DNA of 64,000 nt from an uncultured delta proteobacterium (GCA_963743525.1 CAVUQH010000003.1:416001-480000), one strand, 5' to 3'. Positions 1-13,196 are shown, counted from the first letter of the stretch. Translations and numbers: made by a program. Notes: generated by a model from the sequence alone, not told the origin.

Positions 1-390
1 GCGCACCTGATCGCCGAGCCGCCGCCGTTCTCGGCCACCACCTGCTCGGGCGGCGGCGCCGAGCACGCGTACGGCTACTACGAGCTGATCAACGCGGTCG
101 GCGGACAGATCGGCTCGATCTGCCAGGCCGACCTCGGGCCCACGCTGGACGCCATCATCGACTCGATCATCGGCGACGCGTCGCCGATCACCCTGTCGAA
201 ATACCCGATCTCGGCCAGCATCGCGGTCGCTCGCGACGGCGCCGCGGTGCCGCGCTCGCGCGACACCGGCTGGGACTACCGCGCCAACTCCAACTCGATC
301 GTCTTCTTCAACATGCCGTTCGATCCCGCCAATCCGTCGGACATCGTCATCTCCTACCGGCGCTGGGACGAGCAGGTCCCCATCAACTAA
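1..390 (+). CDS. 3' end of a gene running in from the left; resembles the C-terminal region of myxobacterial gliding lipoprotein CglD
   Basis: Open frame 1 to TAA at 388-390 (…GGQIGSICQADLGPTLDAIIDSIIGDASPITLSKYPISASIAVARDG…GWDYRANSNSIVFFNMP…SYRRW…); the CglD resemblance is from memory. Confidence 0.6.
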   Translation, partial: AHLIAEPPPFSATTCSGGGAEHAYGYYELINAVGGQIGSICQADLGPTLDAIIDSIIGDASPITLSKYPISASIAVARDGAAVPRSRDTGWDYRANSNSIVFFNMPFDPANPSDIVISYRRWDEQVPIN

Positions 391-408
391 CCTCGATTGA
401 ATCGACTC

Positions 409-1482
409 ATGCGCAAGGCAACCATTCTCGCGGCGCTGGCGTTCGCGAGCGCGCTGTCGCTGTGGTCGTGTGGCGGTTCCGCCGCCGACACCCCGTGCGG
501 CGACGGTATCGACAACGACAACGACGGCAAGATCGACGACGCCGATCCCGGCTGCGCCTTCTCCGGCGGGGCCTCCGAGTCGCCGGACCCGTCGGCGTGC
601 AACGACGGCATCGACAACGACAACGACGGGCTGATCGACGGCGACGACTGGGGCTGCCAGATCGCCGGCTCGACCACCGAGGTCGAGCCGCTGGTCAACT
701 GCAACGACGGTCTCGACAATGACGGCGATGGTCTCGCCGACTACCCGCAGGACCCCGGCTGCGAAAATCCGATCGACACCACCGAGGACAACCCGCCGGC
801 GTGCAGCGACGGCATGGACAACGACGACGACAGCCTCAGTGACTATCCCGACGACCCGGGCTGCACCGACGCCGACGACACCGACGAGACCGATCCGGAT
901 CCGCTGCCGGCCTGCGCCGACGGCGTCAACAACGACGGCGACTCGAAGATGGACTACCCGCAGGATCCCGGCTGCGCCGCCGCCTCCGACACCTCGGAGC
1001 TCGACGACTGCGTCGCCGGCGCCCCGGTCACCGGCTACCCCGGCAGCCAGGTCAGCGGCAACACCACCGATGCGGCCTCGCGCCTGCAAGCGCCGGACGG
1101 CTGCGAGCTCAGCGGGTCAACCGCCATCGCCGGCGAGGTGGTCTACGGCTACGTCCTCAGCCGCGACAATCTGGTCGCCCTCGACTTCGACACCGAGGGC
1201 TCGGCGCTCGACACCGTGCTCTACGTGCGGGTCGGCGACTGCGGCACGGCCGGAGACCTGGCCGCCTGCGACGACGACACCCTGGGGACCACCTCGCGGG
1301 TGTCGATCGCCGACCCGGCGCCGGCGGTCTACTACGCCATCGTCAACGGCAAGTCGAACCTGGGCGGCGCGTACAAGCTGCGCATCGTCGGCCGCATCGG
1401 CTCGGGCGGCAGCTGCACCGTCGGCGACAAGGCGATGGTCTGCGACACCGGCCTGGCCTGCACCGGCGGGACCTGCCAGTAG
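409..1482 (+). CDS. Cys/Asp-rich lipoprotein with five CxDGxDNDxDxxxD..DxGC repeats and a C-terminal PPC-like beta domain
   Basis: Hydrophobic signal ending LWSC; five repeats; FDTEGSALDTVLYVR…CDDD motif typical of myxobacterial PPC-like domains. Confidence 0.75.
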   Translation: MRKATILAALAFASALSLWSCGGSAADTPCGDGIDNDNDGKIDDADPGCAFSGGASESPDPSACNDGIDNDNDGLIDGDDWGCQIAGSTTEVEPLVNCNDGLDNDGDGLADYPQDPGCENPIDTTEDNPPACSDGMDNDDDSLSDYPDDPGCTDADDTDETDPDPLPACADGVNNDGDSKMDYPQDPGCAAASDTSELDDCVAGAPVTGYPGSQVSGNTTDAASRLQAPDGCELSGSTAIAGEVVYGYVLSRDNLVALDFDTEGSALDTVLYVRVGDCGTAGDLAACDDDTLGTTSRVSIADPAPAVYYAIVNGKSNLGGAYKLRIVGRIGSGGSCTVGDKAMVCDTGLACTGGTCQ

Positions 1483-1533
1483 CGCCGTCGCGAGCGCGCG
1501 TGCCGCGGCCAGCCCCGTTATAGTGGGCGGGTC

Positions 1534-2910
1534 GTGGTCCGCGTCCGGTTCCTTCTCGCCACCGCGCTCGTCGGCGCCGCCCTGGCCGGTCCGGCGCGGG
1601 CGCAACCGCCGGCGCCGCGTGCCGATCGCGCGTCCGGCGTGGCGGTGCCCGACGACAATCCGAGTCGCGACAGCCTGCGCTGGGTGCCCCGCGTGCTGTT
1701 GTTCGTGCCGCGGTGGACGGTCTGGACCCTGGCTCAGCCGGTGCGCGGCGCCGCGTGGCTGTGGGACCGCTACGACCTCGACGCGCGCACCGGCGGGGTG
1801 CTGCTGGCGACCGACGGCCCGTTGGGGCTGTTTCCGGTGGTCGAGGTCAACAGCGGATTCGGCGCCGGCGGCGGCGTCCGCGCCATCGGCCGCGATCTGT
1901 TCGGCCAGCACGAGACCGCCACCGCCCGCGCGCGCTTCGGCGGTCGGGTGACCCAGGGCTACCAGCTCGCCGCCGACACCGGCAGCCGCTTCCACCCGAT
2001 GACCTTCGACCTGTCGGCGGCCTTCGACGATCGCCCGGCCGAGCGCTTCTTCGGCCTGGGCAACGGTGTTGCCGCCGACACCCCGCCTGCGATGCCGGTC
2101 AACGCCCTGGCCGGTGACGTCGCCGTGGCCACGCGCTACCGCCGCCGCGGCGGGGCGGGGTCGGTCGGCGTCGGCCTGGCGCTGGCGCCGTCGCTCGACG
2201 CGCGACTGTCGACCGGGTTGATCGTCGGTCGCTACGACGACCCCAGCGACCTCGACCGCGACGTGCCGATCACCAGCGTCTACCAGCCGGCGTCGCTGGT
2301 CGGCTTCGACCGCGGCGAGACCACCAGCTACAGCGAGCTGGCGCTGACCTTCGACGACCGCCGGCGCCGCGACGCCCTGTCGGAGGCGCTGTTCTCCACC
2401 GGCTGGCGCCTGGCCGGCTGGGCCGGGGTCGGCCGCGGGCTGGGCCGCGATCGCGCCCGCTACCTGCGCTACGGCCTGTGGCTCGAGCGCAGCTTCGATC
2501 TCCGCGACGGCAGCCGGGTGCTGTGCCTGCGCGCGCGGGGCGAGGCGGTGGCGGGATCGCTGGACCGCATCCCGTTCGCCCAGCTGCCCGCGCTGGGCGG
2601 CGCGGAGCTTCTGCGCGGCTACGCCACCGACCGCTTTCGCGATCGCGCGGCCGGCGTGATCACCGCCGAGTATCGCTTCGAGCTCCTCGACCGGGCGTCG
2701 GCGTTCTTGTTCGTCAACGCCGGGCGGGTGTGGACGGGCCTCGGCGACGCCAGCTTGCGCCGGCTGCGCGTCGGCTACGGCGGCGGCCTCGAGCTGTACG
2801 GCCACCACAGCTTCCTGTCCCGGCTGGAGCTGGCGACGTCGGCGGACGGCGGGCTGTTCGTGGCCCTGATTTTCGACCCGGCGGGCGACCCGCGCGCGAG
2901 GGCGCGATGA
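1534..2910 (+). CDS. Omp85/BamA-TamA family outer-membrane beta-barrel, no obvious POTRA domains
   Basis: Signal peptide; LGGAELLRGYATDRFRD (VRGY-type loop motif); alternating beta-strand pattern; GYGGGL near the C-terminus. Confidence 0.8.
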   Translation: MVRVRFLLATALVGAALAGPARAQPPAPRADRASGVAVPDDNPSRDSLRWVPRVLLFVPRWTVWTLAQPVRGAAWLWDRYDLDARTGGVLLATDGPLGLFPVVEVNSGFGAGGGVRAIGRDLFGQHETATARARFGGRVTQGYQLAADTGSRFHPMTFDLSAAFDDRPAERFFGLGNGVAADTPPAMPVNALAGDVAVATRYRRRGGAGSVGVGLALAPSLDARLSTGLIVGRYDDPSDLDRDVPITSVYQPASLVGFDRGETTSYSELALTFDDRRRRDALSEALFSTGWRLAGWAGVGRGLGRDRARYLRYGLWLERSFDLRDGSRVLCLRARGEAVAGSLDRIPFAQLPALGGAELLRGYATDRFRDRAAGVITAEYRFELLDRASAFLFVNAGRVWTGLGDASLRRLRVGYGGGLELYGHHSFLSRLELATSADGGLFVALIFDPAGDPRARAR

Positions 2911-4505
2911 GGCGCCTGCTCGTTGCCGGCGTCGCGCTGTTGGCCGGCTGTGCCAGCGCGGCGCCCATCGGCGCGATGCGCTTCGTCAACCAGCCACCGG
3001 TCACGCGAGTGAACGATCGCGCCGACGTCGCGGTCCCGCCGCCGGTGCCGGTCTCTCGGCCGCGCCTCGACAATCTCGATGCCTTCTACGTGCGCCCGCT
3101 GACCCGCGCGCTCGACGTGCTCGATCCCCGCCGCGCTCGCGACGTCAATGCCATGGACGAGCTGCCCGACTCGACCTGGTTCACCAATCGCATCGGCATG
3201 CGCGCGCTGTCACCCGGCGAGCTGCGCCGCGGCCCGGGCGACGCCGACGGTCCCCAGGCGCACCTGCCGTGGACGGTGACCGGCGCCCGCGCCGGCGCGT
3301 CGCTGTCGCTGTCGATCCGCGACGCCAGCGGGCGCGCGTACACGCTGCTGTTCGACCGGCCCGGCTACCCCGAGCTGGAGACCGCCGCCGACGTGATCGC
3401 CCAGCGGATCTTCTGGGCCTGCGGCTGGAACGTGCCCGACGATCGCATCGTCACCGTGCCGCGCGCACAGCTGACGGTGGCCGACGGCGCGCTCGCCGAC
3501 GGCCAGCCGCTGTCGGCGGCCGCCCTCGACCAGCTGCTCGGCGAGCAGCTCGACGATCCCGCGGCGCCACTGCGCGCGGTGGCGCGGCGACTGCCGGCGG
3601 GCGTCAACCTCGGCGGCTGGGCCGGCGAAGGGGTTCGCGCCGGCGATGCCAACGACATCATCGCCCACGAAGATCGGCGCGCGGTGCGCGGTCTGGGGGT
3701 GATCGCCTCGTGGGTCGGTCACGTCAACCTGGGTCGGGCGACCACGCGCGATCTGTGGGTTGCCGACGCGGCCAACCCGGCGCGGCACTACGTCGCGCAC
3801 TATCTGTGGGACTTCCGCACCGCGCTGGGCGCCGGCGCCTACATCGACCGGCGCCCCTACCTCGGCTTCACCGGCTGGTGGCGACCGTGGGCGGAGCTTC
3901 GCCGCGCCGACCGTCCCGGCGTCGGTCTGTTCGAGGCCGACCGCTTCGATCCCTCGCGGTTCTTCACCCGCACGCCGTACGCCGCCTTCACCGACGCCGA
4001 TCGCTTCGACGGCTTCTGGGCAGCCGCCCTGGTGTCGCGCTTTACCCCGGCCCAGCTGCAGGCCATCGTCAACGCCGCCGGCTACAGTCACGCCGACTCG
4101 ACCGCGTACGTGGTGGCGACCTTGCGCGCGCGCCAGCGGCAGATCGCCCGCTACTGGTTCGCCCGCGTGGCGCCGCTGGATCGCGTGCAGATCACCGCGC
4201 CGGGCGCGCTCTGCTTCGACGACCTGCTGGTGACCCGGGGCCTGAGTGACGGCGCCACGTCCCGCTACCAGGTCGAGCTGTTCGACTACCGCGGCCGGCC
4301 CACCGGATGGACCGGGTGGAACACCAACGCCGACGACGGACACATCTGCGTGTCGGGCATTCGTCCCGGGCCGACGCGCAGCGGCTACGTCATCGCCCGC
4401 ATCACCGTCTGGCGGCGCAAGCACGCGCTACCGCCGGTCGAAGCCCATCTGGCCGACGACCCGGCGACCGGGCGCCTCCGGGTCATCGGCCTGCGCCGGC
4501 GCTAG
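2907..4505 (+). CDS. Uncharacterised lipoprotein, probable kinase-like fold, translationally coupled to the Omp85 gene
   Basis: ATGA overlap at 2907-2910; lipobox LLAGC; motifs DELPDSTWFTNRIG, PELETAADVI, HV(N/D), YLWDF. Confidence 0.65.
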   Translation: MRRLLVAGVALLAGCASAAPIGAMRFVNQPPVTRVNDRADVAVPPPVPVSRPRLDNLDAFYVRPLTRALDVLDPRRARDVNAMDELPDSTWFTNRIGMRALSPGELRRGPGDADGPQAHLPWTVTGARAGASLSLSIRDASGRAYTLLFDRPGYPELETAADVIAQRIFWACGWNVPDDRIVTVPRAQLTVADGALADGQPLSAAALDQLLGEQLDDPAAPLRAVARRLPAGVNLGGWAGEGVRAGDANDIIAHEDRRAVRGLGVIASWVGHVNLGRATTRDLWVADAANPARHYVAHYLWDFRTALGAGAYIDRRPYLGFTGWWRPWAELRRADRPGVGLFEADRFDPSRFFTRTPYAAFTDADRFDGFWAAALVSRFTPAQLQAIVNAAGYSHADSTAYVVATLRARQRQIARYWFARVAPLDRVQITAPGALCFDDLLVTRGLSDGATSRYQVELFDYRGRPTGWTGWNTNADDGHICVSGIRPGPTRSGYVIARITVWRRKHALPPVEAHLADDPATGRLRVIGLRRR

Positions 4506-5311
4506 CTGGGGTTCTTGGTCAGGTTCGGCAGCTCGGACAGGTCGGGCACGAGGATGATCTCGATGCGCCGGTTGAGCGCGCGGCCCTCTTCGGTGTCGTT
4601 GGACGCCACCGGGTCGAACTCGCCGTAGCCGCTGGCCGACAGGTTCTTGGGATCGAAGCCGGCGTCGACCATCGCCTCGACCACGCTGACCGCGCGCGCC
4701 GTCAACAGCTGCCAGTTGTCGCGGAACTTGTGGCTGCGGATCGGCACGTTGTCGGTGTGGCCGGCGATCTGGAAGCGGCGGTCCTTGAACTCGAGGAGGA
4801 TGTTGAGCACCTCGGCCAGCGCCGACTTGCCGTTCTTCGACAGGTCGGCCTTGCCGCTGGGGAACAACACGCCCGACGGCAGCTTGAGGATCATCTGCCC
4901 ATTGCGGAAGTCAACGTCGAGCTTGCCGGTGTCAACCAGCTGGCGCAGTCGGTCGTTGAGCGCGCGGTAGGCGGACAGGCGCTGCTCGTCCTGCTCGCGC
5001 TGCTTGCGCAGCTTGAGCAGCTCCTGCTCGGCGTCGCCCATCGACGCCAGGAGATCCTTGATCCGCTTCTCCTTCTCGATCGCAGCCTGGCCCTTGGCGT
5101 CGCGTTCGGAGCGGGTGGCGTCGAGCTCGCCCTCGAGCTGGGCCACCTTCTTCTTCTGCGTGTCGAGCACGTTCTTGGTCTCGGACAGCTCGCCCTGACA
5201 GGCAGCGAGCGCATCCAGCGCCTTCTGGTGCGTGGCCTTCTTGACCCCGCAGCCGCCGGCCACGACGACCGCCAGGGCAACCAGCACGAAACGAGTCCTC
5301 ACCATCGGCAT
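4502..5311 (-). CDS. OmpA/MotB-family peptidoglycan-binding lipoprotein with coiled coil
   Basis: Lipobox AGGC; coiled coil; LFPSGKA, IAGHTDNVP, NWQL.TARA, GYGEFDP, NRRIEI. Confidence 0.9.
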   Translation of the reverse strand: MPMVRTRFVLVALAVVVAGGCGVKKATHQKALDALAACQGELSETKNVLDTQKKKVAQLEGELDATRSERDAKGQAAIEKEKRIKDLLASMGDAEQELLKLRKQREQDEQRLSAYRALNDRLRQLVDTGKLDVDFRNGQMILKLPSGVLFPSGKADLSKNGKSALAEVLNILLEFKDRRFQIAGHTDNVPIRSHKFRDNWQLLTARAVSVVEAMVDAGFDPKNLSASGYGEFDPVASNDTEEGRALNRRIEIILVPDLSELPNLTKNPS

Positions 5312-5452
5312 CCTCCGGTTGGGTTCGCGAGGGCCTCAAGGTATCGAAACTCCAGCGAGATTGCATGCCGGCCGGCGGCGGATGTCGAGTATTTGGTGGC
5401 TGATGTAGGATAGAGTAGGATAGGGTGCTCGATGTAGGCAGCCTGGAGAAAG

Positions 5453-8194
<2,742 letters not shown>

Positions 8195-8204
8195 CGCAGC
8201 TCGG

Positions 8205-9893
8205 CTAGCTCAGCAGCGCTCGGCGCAGGTGGTCGGCCACGTCGGCCAGCACCTCGGGCTCGAACGGCGAGCGCAGGCCGCCGACCTCGAGCATCTCGGT
8301 GAACGACACGCTGCCGCCGATCTCGCACATCTTCAGGTAGTCGCGCAGCGCCAGGTCGCGGTCGCGCTCGGCCTTCATGTGGATCTGCAGCGCGCAGACC
8401 CCCGCCAGCGCGTAGTCGATGTAATAGAACGGGTCGCAGTAGACGTGACGCTGGCGCTGCCAGATGGTGCCGGTGGCCAGGTAGGGCAGATCGTCGCCGT
8501 AGCGGCGCCACGGCAGATAGCTCGCCTCGAGCTCGAGCCAGGCGGCGTTGCGCTGCGCCGGGGTCAGCTCCGGCTGCTCGTAGACCCGGTGCTGGAAGTG
8601 ATCGACCAGCGTGATGTACGGCAGGGCGGTGACGTCGCGCGCCAGGTGACCGCGGCGGTAGCGCTCGGCGTCGTCGCCGAAGAAGCGCTCCATGAACGGA
8701 AAGGTCAGGTGCTCCATCCCCATCGAGTGGACCTCGGCCGCCTCGTTGGTGGGGAAGTGGTACTCGATCAGCGGCAGCTTGCGCGCCGACCAGACCTGGT
8801 AGGCGTGGCCGCACTCGTGGGTCACCACCTGCAGGTCGTCGGTGGTGCCGGTGAACTGGGCGAAGACGAACGGCCAGCCGAGGTCGGCAAAGATGGTGCA
8901 GAAGCCGCCCGGCGCCTTGCCGTCGCGGCGCTCGACGTCGAGCAGGTCGTGCTCGAGCATGTGGTCCATGAACGCGCCCAGGCGCGGGTCGATGTCGCGG
9001 TACATGCCGCGGGCGGTCTCGAGGATCTCGGTCGGCGTGCCGGTCGGCGCCGGATTGCCGTTGGGATCGAGGACCTCTTCGTCGTGGAGCAGCACCTCGT
9101 CGATCCCCAGGGCCTCGGCCTGGCGGCGGCGCAGCTCCTCGGCCAGCGGCACCAGCTGCTCGCGCACGGCGTCGCGGAAGCGGGCCACGTCGCCGGCGTC
9201 GTAGCCGATCCGGGTCATCAGCTGGTAGCCGAGCGGCGTGAAGCCGCCCATCCCCAGCGCCCGGCCCATGCCGTCGCGCAGCTCGACCAGGCGGTCGTAG
9301 ATGTCGTCGAGGTCGTCGGCGTTGGCGGCGAGGAACCGATCGCGGGCGACGTGCGCGTCCAGGCGGGTCTGCCGGTCGGCCACGCCGAAGTAGCCGTGCA
9401 ACGCCGGCATGGTGGTCTTCTCGCCGCGGAAGACGGCCTCTTTCTTCGACGTCAGCTCGATGTAGCGGGTGACCAGCTTGGCTTCCTCGGCCAGCGCGTC
9501 GGCGATCTCGGGCGCGAAGGTGGTGGCGGTGCACTCCTTGACGCGGAGGATCTGTGCGCCGAACGCGCGCTCGAGCGCCTCGCGGTGGCGGCTCCGGGTC
9601 AGGGCGCGGGCGTGGATGACGTCGAGCTCGCGCATCGCCGGCGCGGCCTGGTCCCAGAACTGCTTTTCCGCCTTGGCCCGGTCGTCGGTCGTGTCCTGCT
9701 GGTAGCGGACCTCGGCGATGTTCCAGCCGGTGTCGATCCGCGAGCGCACCCGGTTCCAGGCGCGGACGACCTCGACCGCCTGCTCGGCGCCGGTGGCGGC
9801 TTCCAGCCGCTGGGCCAGGTCGGCGACCTCGGCGCGGACGGCGTCGAGATCCGGGCGGGCGTAATCGCGGGCAAAGGCGGGCGTCTCGCTCAT
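8205..9893 (-). CDS. M3 family oligoendopeptidase (PepF-like)
   Basis: KAPGGFC, THECGHA (HExxH), EAAEVHS, PFYYIDYALA. Confidence 0.92.
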   Translation of the reverse strand: MSETPAFARDYARPDLDAVRAEVADLAQRLEAATGAEQAVEVVRAWNRVRSRIDTGWNIAEVRYQQDTTDDRAKAEKQFWDQAAPAMRELDVIHARALTRSRHREALERAFGAQILRVKECTATTFAPEIADALAEEAKLVTRYIELTSKKEAVFRGEKTTMPALHGYFGVADRQTRLDAHVARDRFLAANADDLDDIYDRLVELRDGMGRALGMGGFTPLGYQLMTRIGYDAGDVARFRDAVREQLVPLAEELRRRQAEALGIDEVLLHDEEVLDPNGNPAPTGTPTEILETARGMYRDIDPRLGAFMDHMLEHDLLDVERRDGKAPGGFCTIFADLGWPFVFAQFTGTTDDLQVVTHECGHAYQVWSARKLPLIEYHFPTNEAAEVHSMGMEHLTFPFMERFFGDDAERYRRGHLARDVTALPYITLVDHFQHRVYEQPELTPAQRNAAWLELEASYLPWRRYGDDLPYLATGTIWQRQRHVYCDPFYYIDYALAGVCALQIHMKAERDRDLALRDYLKMCEIGGSVSFTEMLEVGGLRSPFEPEVLADVADHLRRALLS

Positions 9894-10070
9894 GGCCGCA
9901 CATACTAGAGGAAACGACGCGCCGCGCTGCCGGCAGCCCCTCACCCACCTTTACAACCGCCCCATCGGCGCGTAAACACGAGGGAAACGGCGTATGAATC
10001 TCGCGGCGGCGCCGCGCGTCAGTACGAGAGATAGCCGGCGCTTCCCCGGCGCCGACAAGGAGAACCCGCC

Positions 10071-10901
10071 ATGTTTGCACAAGCCTTCATCCTCGCCGCC
10101 ACCATGATGGTGGAGACGCCCGCCGCGGTGCCTGCCCAGGCACCGTCGAAGGCCCCCGCCATCACCGCCGTCGCCCCCGTCGCCACGCCCGCGCCGACCC
10201 CGGCTCCGACCGAACCGCAGAGCGTCGCCTCGCCGTTCCAGCTGCCGCTGTTCAACGTCGCGGTGCCGCTGGCGCCGGCCCGCGTCGCTCAGCTCGACGC
10301 CAAGGCGCTGGTCGCCAAGGTGCAGTCGTTCTACAACGACACCAAGAGCTACAGCGCCGCGTTTCGCCAGACCTACACCAACAAGGCGTTCGGCCAGAAG
10401 ACCACCAAGGACGGCAAGGTCTACATCAAGAAGCCGGGCAAGATGCGCTGGGACTACAAGGGCGCTCGCGGCCCGCGCTCCAGCTTCATCGCCGACGGCG
10501 CCACCGCGTGGATGGTCGAGTACGACAACAAGCAGTACGCGCAGCAGAGCCTCAAGGACAGCGTTCTGCCCGTGGCCATCACCTTCCTCAGCGGCAAGGG
10601 CGATCTGACCAAGGACTTCGTGCCGAGCATCGACACCTCCGGTCGCTACGGCACCAAGAAGGACCTGGTGCTCGAGCTGACGCCCAAGACCTCGTCGGCG
10701 CAGTACAAGAAGCTGTACCTGGTGGTCGATCCGGGCAACTACCGGGTCAAGGAGTTGACCGTCATCGAGGGCAACGGCAACATCAACCACTTCAGCTTCT
10801 ACGCCCCCAACACCAGCAAGGCGATCGCCGACTCGACCTTCGCGGTCAACGTCAAGACCTTGCGCCAGCAGCACTTCCGCAAGATCAATCCCAAGAAGTA
10901 G
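10071..10901 (+). CDS. lolA: Outer-membrane lipoprotein carrier LolA with Pro/Ala-rich N-terminal linker
   Basis: AAFRQT, GKVYIKKPGKMRWDY, IADG; SD AAGGAG upstream; close to ftsK. Confidence 0.9.
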   Translation: MFAQAFILAATMMVETPAAVPAQAPSKAPAITAVAPVATPAPTPAPTEPQSVASPFQLPLFNVAVPLAPARVAQLDAKALVAKVQSFYNDTKSYSAAFRQTYTNKAFGQKTTKDGKVYIKKPGKMRWDYKGARGPRSSFIADGATAWMVEYDNKQYAQQSLKDSVLPVAITFLSGKGDLTKDFVPSIDTSGRYGTKKDLVLELTPKTSSAQYKKLYLVVDPGNYRVKELTVIEGNGNINHFSFYAPNTSKAIADSTFAVNVKTLRQQHFRKINPKK

Positions 10902-10971
10902 TCGTGTTGCGATTCGCAACGCGCTCGAGGTTTGGCTCTGGCCGGCCGCGGCGGTACGCTGCCCGGCGGCC

Positions 10972-12636
10972 ATGAGCTCCTTCACACTCTCTCCCAACGA
11001 ACGTTTCCGCGGCGCCAGGGGACCGGTGGTCCTGGTGGTTCTCGACGGCGTCGGCGTCGGCGCCGGCGACGAAGCCGACGCGGTAAAGATCGCGGCCACG
11101 CCGACGCTCGACTCGATGTGGGCGCCCGGCGCCCGCTGCACGCTGCGCGCCCACGGCACCTTCGTCGGCCTGCCGACCGACGGCGACATGGGCAACAGCG
11201 AGGTCGGCCACAACGCCCTCGGCTGCGGCCGCGTGTTCGATCAGGGCGCCTTGCTGGTCGACCGCGCCATCGCCAGCGGCGCGCTGTTCGAGGGTGCAAC
11301 CTGGAAGGCGATCCTCGACCGCTGCGGTCGCGGCGGCGCGCTGCACCTGATCGGCCTGTTGTCCGACGGCAACGTCCACTCGCACATTCAGCAGCTGATC
11401 GCGCTGATCCGCCACGCCGCCGCCGACGGGGTCGAGAAGATCTACGTTCACGCGCTGACCGACGGTCGCGACGTCGGCGCGCAGAGCGCCCTCACCTACG
11501 TCGACCAGCTGGAAGAGGTGCTCGGCGACCTGCGCGCCAACGGCGTCGACGCGGCGATCGCCTCGGGCGGTGGCCGCATGCTGGTGACCATGGATCGCTA
11601 CGAGGCCGACTGGCGCATCGTCGAGCGCGGGTGGAACGCCCACGTCCACGGCGACGCGCCGCACCGGTTCTCGTCGATGCGCCAGGCGATCGAGAGCTTT
11701 CGCGGCGAGGACCCGTCGATCAGCGACCAGAACCTGCCGCCGTTCGTCATCGAGCGCGACGGCGCGCCGCTGGCGCCGATGCAGGACGGCGACTGCGCCA
11801 TCTGCTTCAACTTCCGCGGCGACCGGGCGATCGAGATCAGCCGGGCGTTCGACGACGACGATCTCGATGCGTTCGACCGCGGCCGCCGGCCCGACGTCCT
11901 CTACGCCGGCATGATGGAGTACGACGGCGACACCCACGTGCCCAGGCATTTCCTGGTCGAGCCGCCGGCCATCGACCGGACCATGGGCGAGTACCTGGCG
12001 CACAACCAGGTGTCGCAGCTGGCGATCTCCGAGACGCAGAAGTTCGGCCACGTCACCTATTTCTGGAACGGCAACCGCAGCGGGCGGTTCGACGACACCC
12101 TCGAGACCTACCTCGAGGTGCCGTCGGATCGGGTCTCGTTCGACGAGCGGCCGTGGATGAAAGCGGCCGAGATCACCGACCGACTGGTGGCCGAGTTGCG
12201 CACAGGCAACCACCGTTTCGTCCGCGTCAACTACGCAAACGGCGACATGGTCGGGCACACGGGCAGCTTCGCGGCCACCGTCGTCGCCGTCGAGGTGATC
12301 GACCTCATGCTCGCCCGGCTGCGGCGCGTCGTGGAAGAACTTCAAGGAATTCTGCTAGTTACGGCTGACCACGGCAACGCCGACGAGATGTTCCAGCACG
12401 GCGGCGACGGCCACGTGGTTCGCGAGAAGAAGACGGGCGTGCCTGTGGTAAAGACGAGCCATACACTGAACCCCGTCCCTTTCGTGATCTACGATCCCAA
12501 GCGCAGCGACCTGTACCAGATCGACCCGGCCCGGGCCGAGGCAGCGGGCATCGCCAACGTGACGGCGACCTGCCTGGAGCTCCTCGGTTTTCGTCCGCCG
12601 GATGACTACGCGCCATCGTTGTTGAGGTTCAAATGA
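10972..12636 (+). CDS. gpmI: 2,3-bisphosphoglycerate-independent phosphoglycerate mutase
   Basis: VVLDGVG, MGNSEVGH, LSDGNVHS, DGRD, NFRGDR, NGDMVGHTG, TADHGNA, SHT. Confidence 0.97.
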   Translation: MSSFTLSPNERFRGARGPVVLVVLDGVGVGAGDEADAVKIAATPTLDSMWAPGARCTLRAHGTFVGLPTDGDMGNSEVGHNALGCGRVFDQGALLVDRAIASGALFEGATWKAILDRCGRGGALHLIGLLSDGNVHSHIQQLIALIRHAAADGVEKIYVHALTDGRDVGAQSALTYVDQLEEVLGDLRANGVDAAIASGGGRMLVTMDRYEADWRIVERGWNAHVHGDAPHRFSSMRQAIESFRGEDPSISDQNLPPFVIERDGAPLAPMQDGDCAICFNFRGDRAIEISRAFDDDDLDAFDRGRRPDVLYAGMMEYDGDTHVPRHFLVEPPAIDRTMGEYLAHNQVSQLAISETQKFGHVTYFWNGNRSGRFDDTLETYLEVPSDRVSFDERPWMKAAEITDRLVAELRTGNHRFVRVNYANGDMVGHTGSFAATVVAVEVIDLMLARLRRVVEELQGILLVTADHGNADEMFQHGGDGHVVREKKTGVPVVKTSHTLNPVPFVIYDPKRSDLYQIDPARAEAAGIANVTATCLELLGFRPPDDYAPSLLRFK

Positions 12637-13196
12637 AAGCAGGCCCGGTCATCGGAGCAGTTGTTGCGATCGGCGCCGCCCTGGCGGTGATCATTCTCTT
12701 GCGTACCTCGGGTCCCGAGGGCACCGGCGTCGGCGTCAAGCAGGCCGAAGCCGCACGCTGCGAGAAGGGAAGCTCCGACTGTCTGCCCAAGCTGACGTTC
12801 GTCAACACCGAGGGCGAAGCCATCACCCCCGAGCAGCTCGACGGCAAAGTCGTGATGATCAACTTCTGGGCGACCTGGTGCCATCCGTGCCAGTCCGAGG
12901 TGCCCAACCTCACCCGCGCCTACCAGAAGTACAAGCAGAAGGGCTTCGTGCTGTTCGGCATCATGACCGACGACGTCGACAACCCGGGGCTGGAGCGGTT
13001 CGCGAAGGCGCACCACCTCGACTACCCGGTCATCCGGGTCGACGGATCGCTGCTGGAGGCGTTCGGCTATCCCGATCGCCTGCCGACGACGTTCATCTAC
13101 GATCGTCACGGCAAGCTGCGGGTCAATCGCCTCGGCGCCCTGCGCGACGCCGACCTCGAGCAGATCCTGCCCGGACTGCTCGACGAGCAGATCTAG
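12633..13196 (+). CDS. TlpA/ResA-family thiol-disulfide reductase, membrane anchored
   Basis: NFWATWCHPC; LPTTFIYDRHG; ATGA overlap with gpmI. Confidence 0.92.
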   Translation: MKAGPVIGAVVAIGAALAVIILLRTSGPEGTGVGVKQAEAARCEKGSSDCLPKLTFVNTEGEAITPEQLDGKVVMINFWATWCHPCQSEVPNLTRAYQKYKQKGFVLFGIMTDDVDNPGLERFAKAHHLDYPVIRVDGSLLEAFGYPDRLPTTFIYDRHGKLRVNRLGALRDADLEQILPGLLDEQI

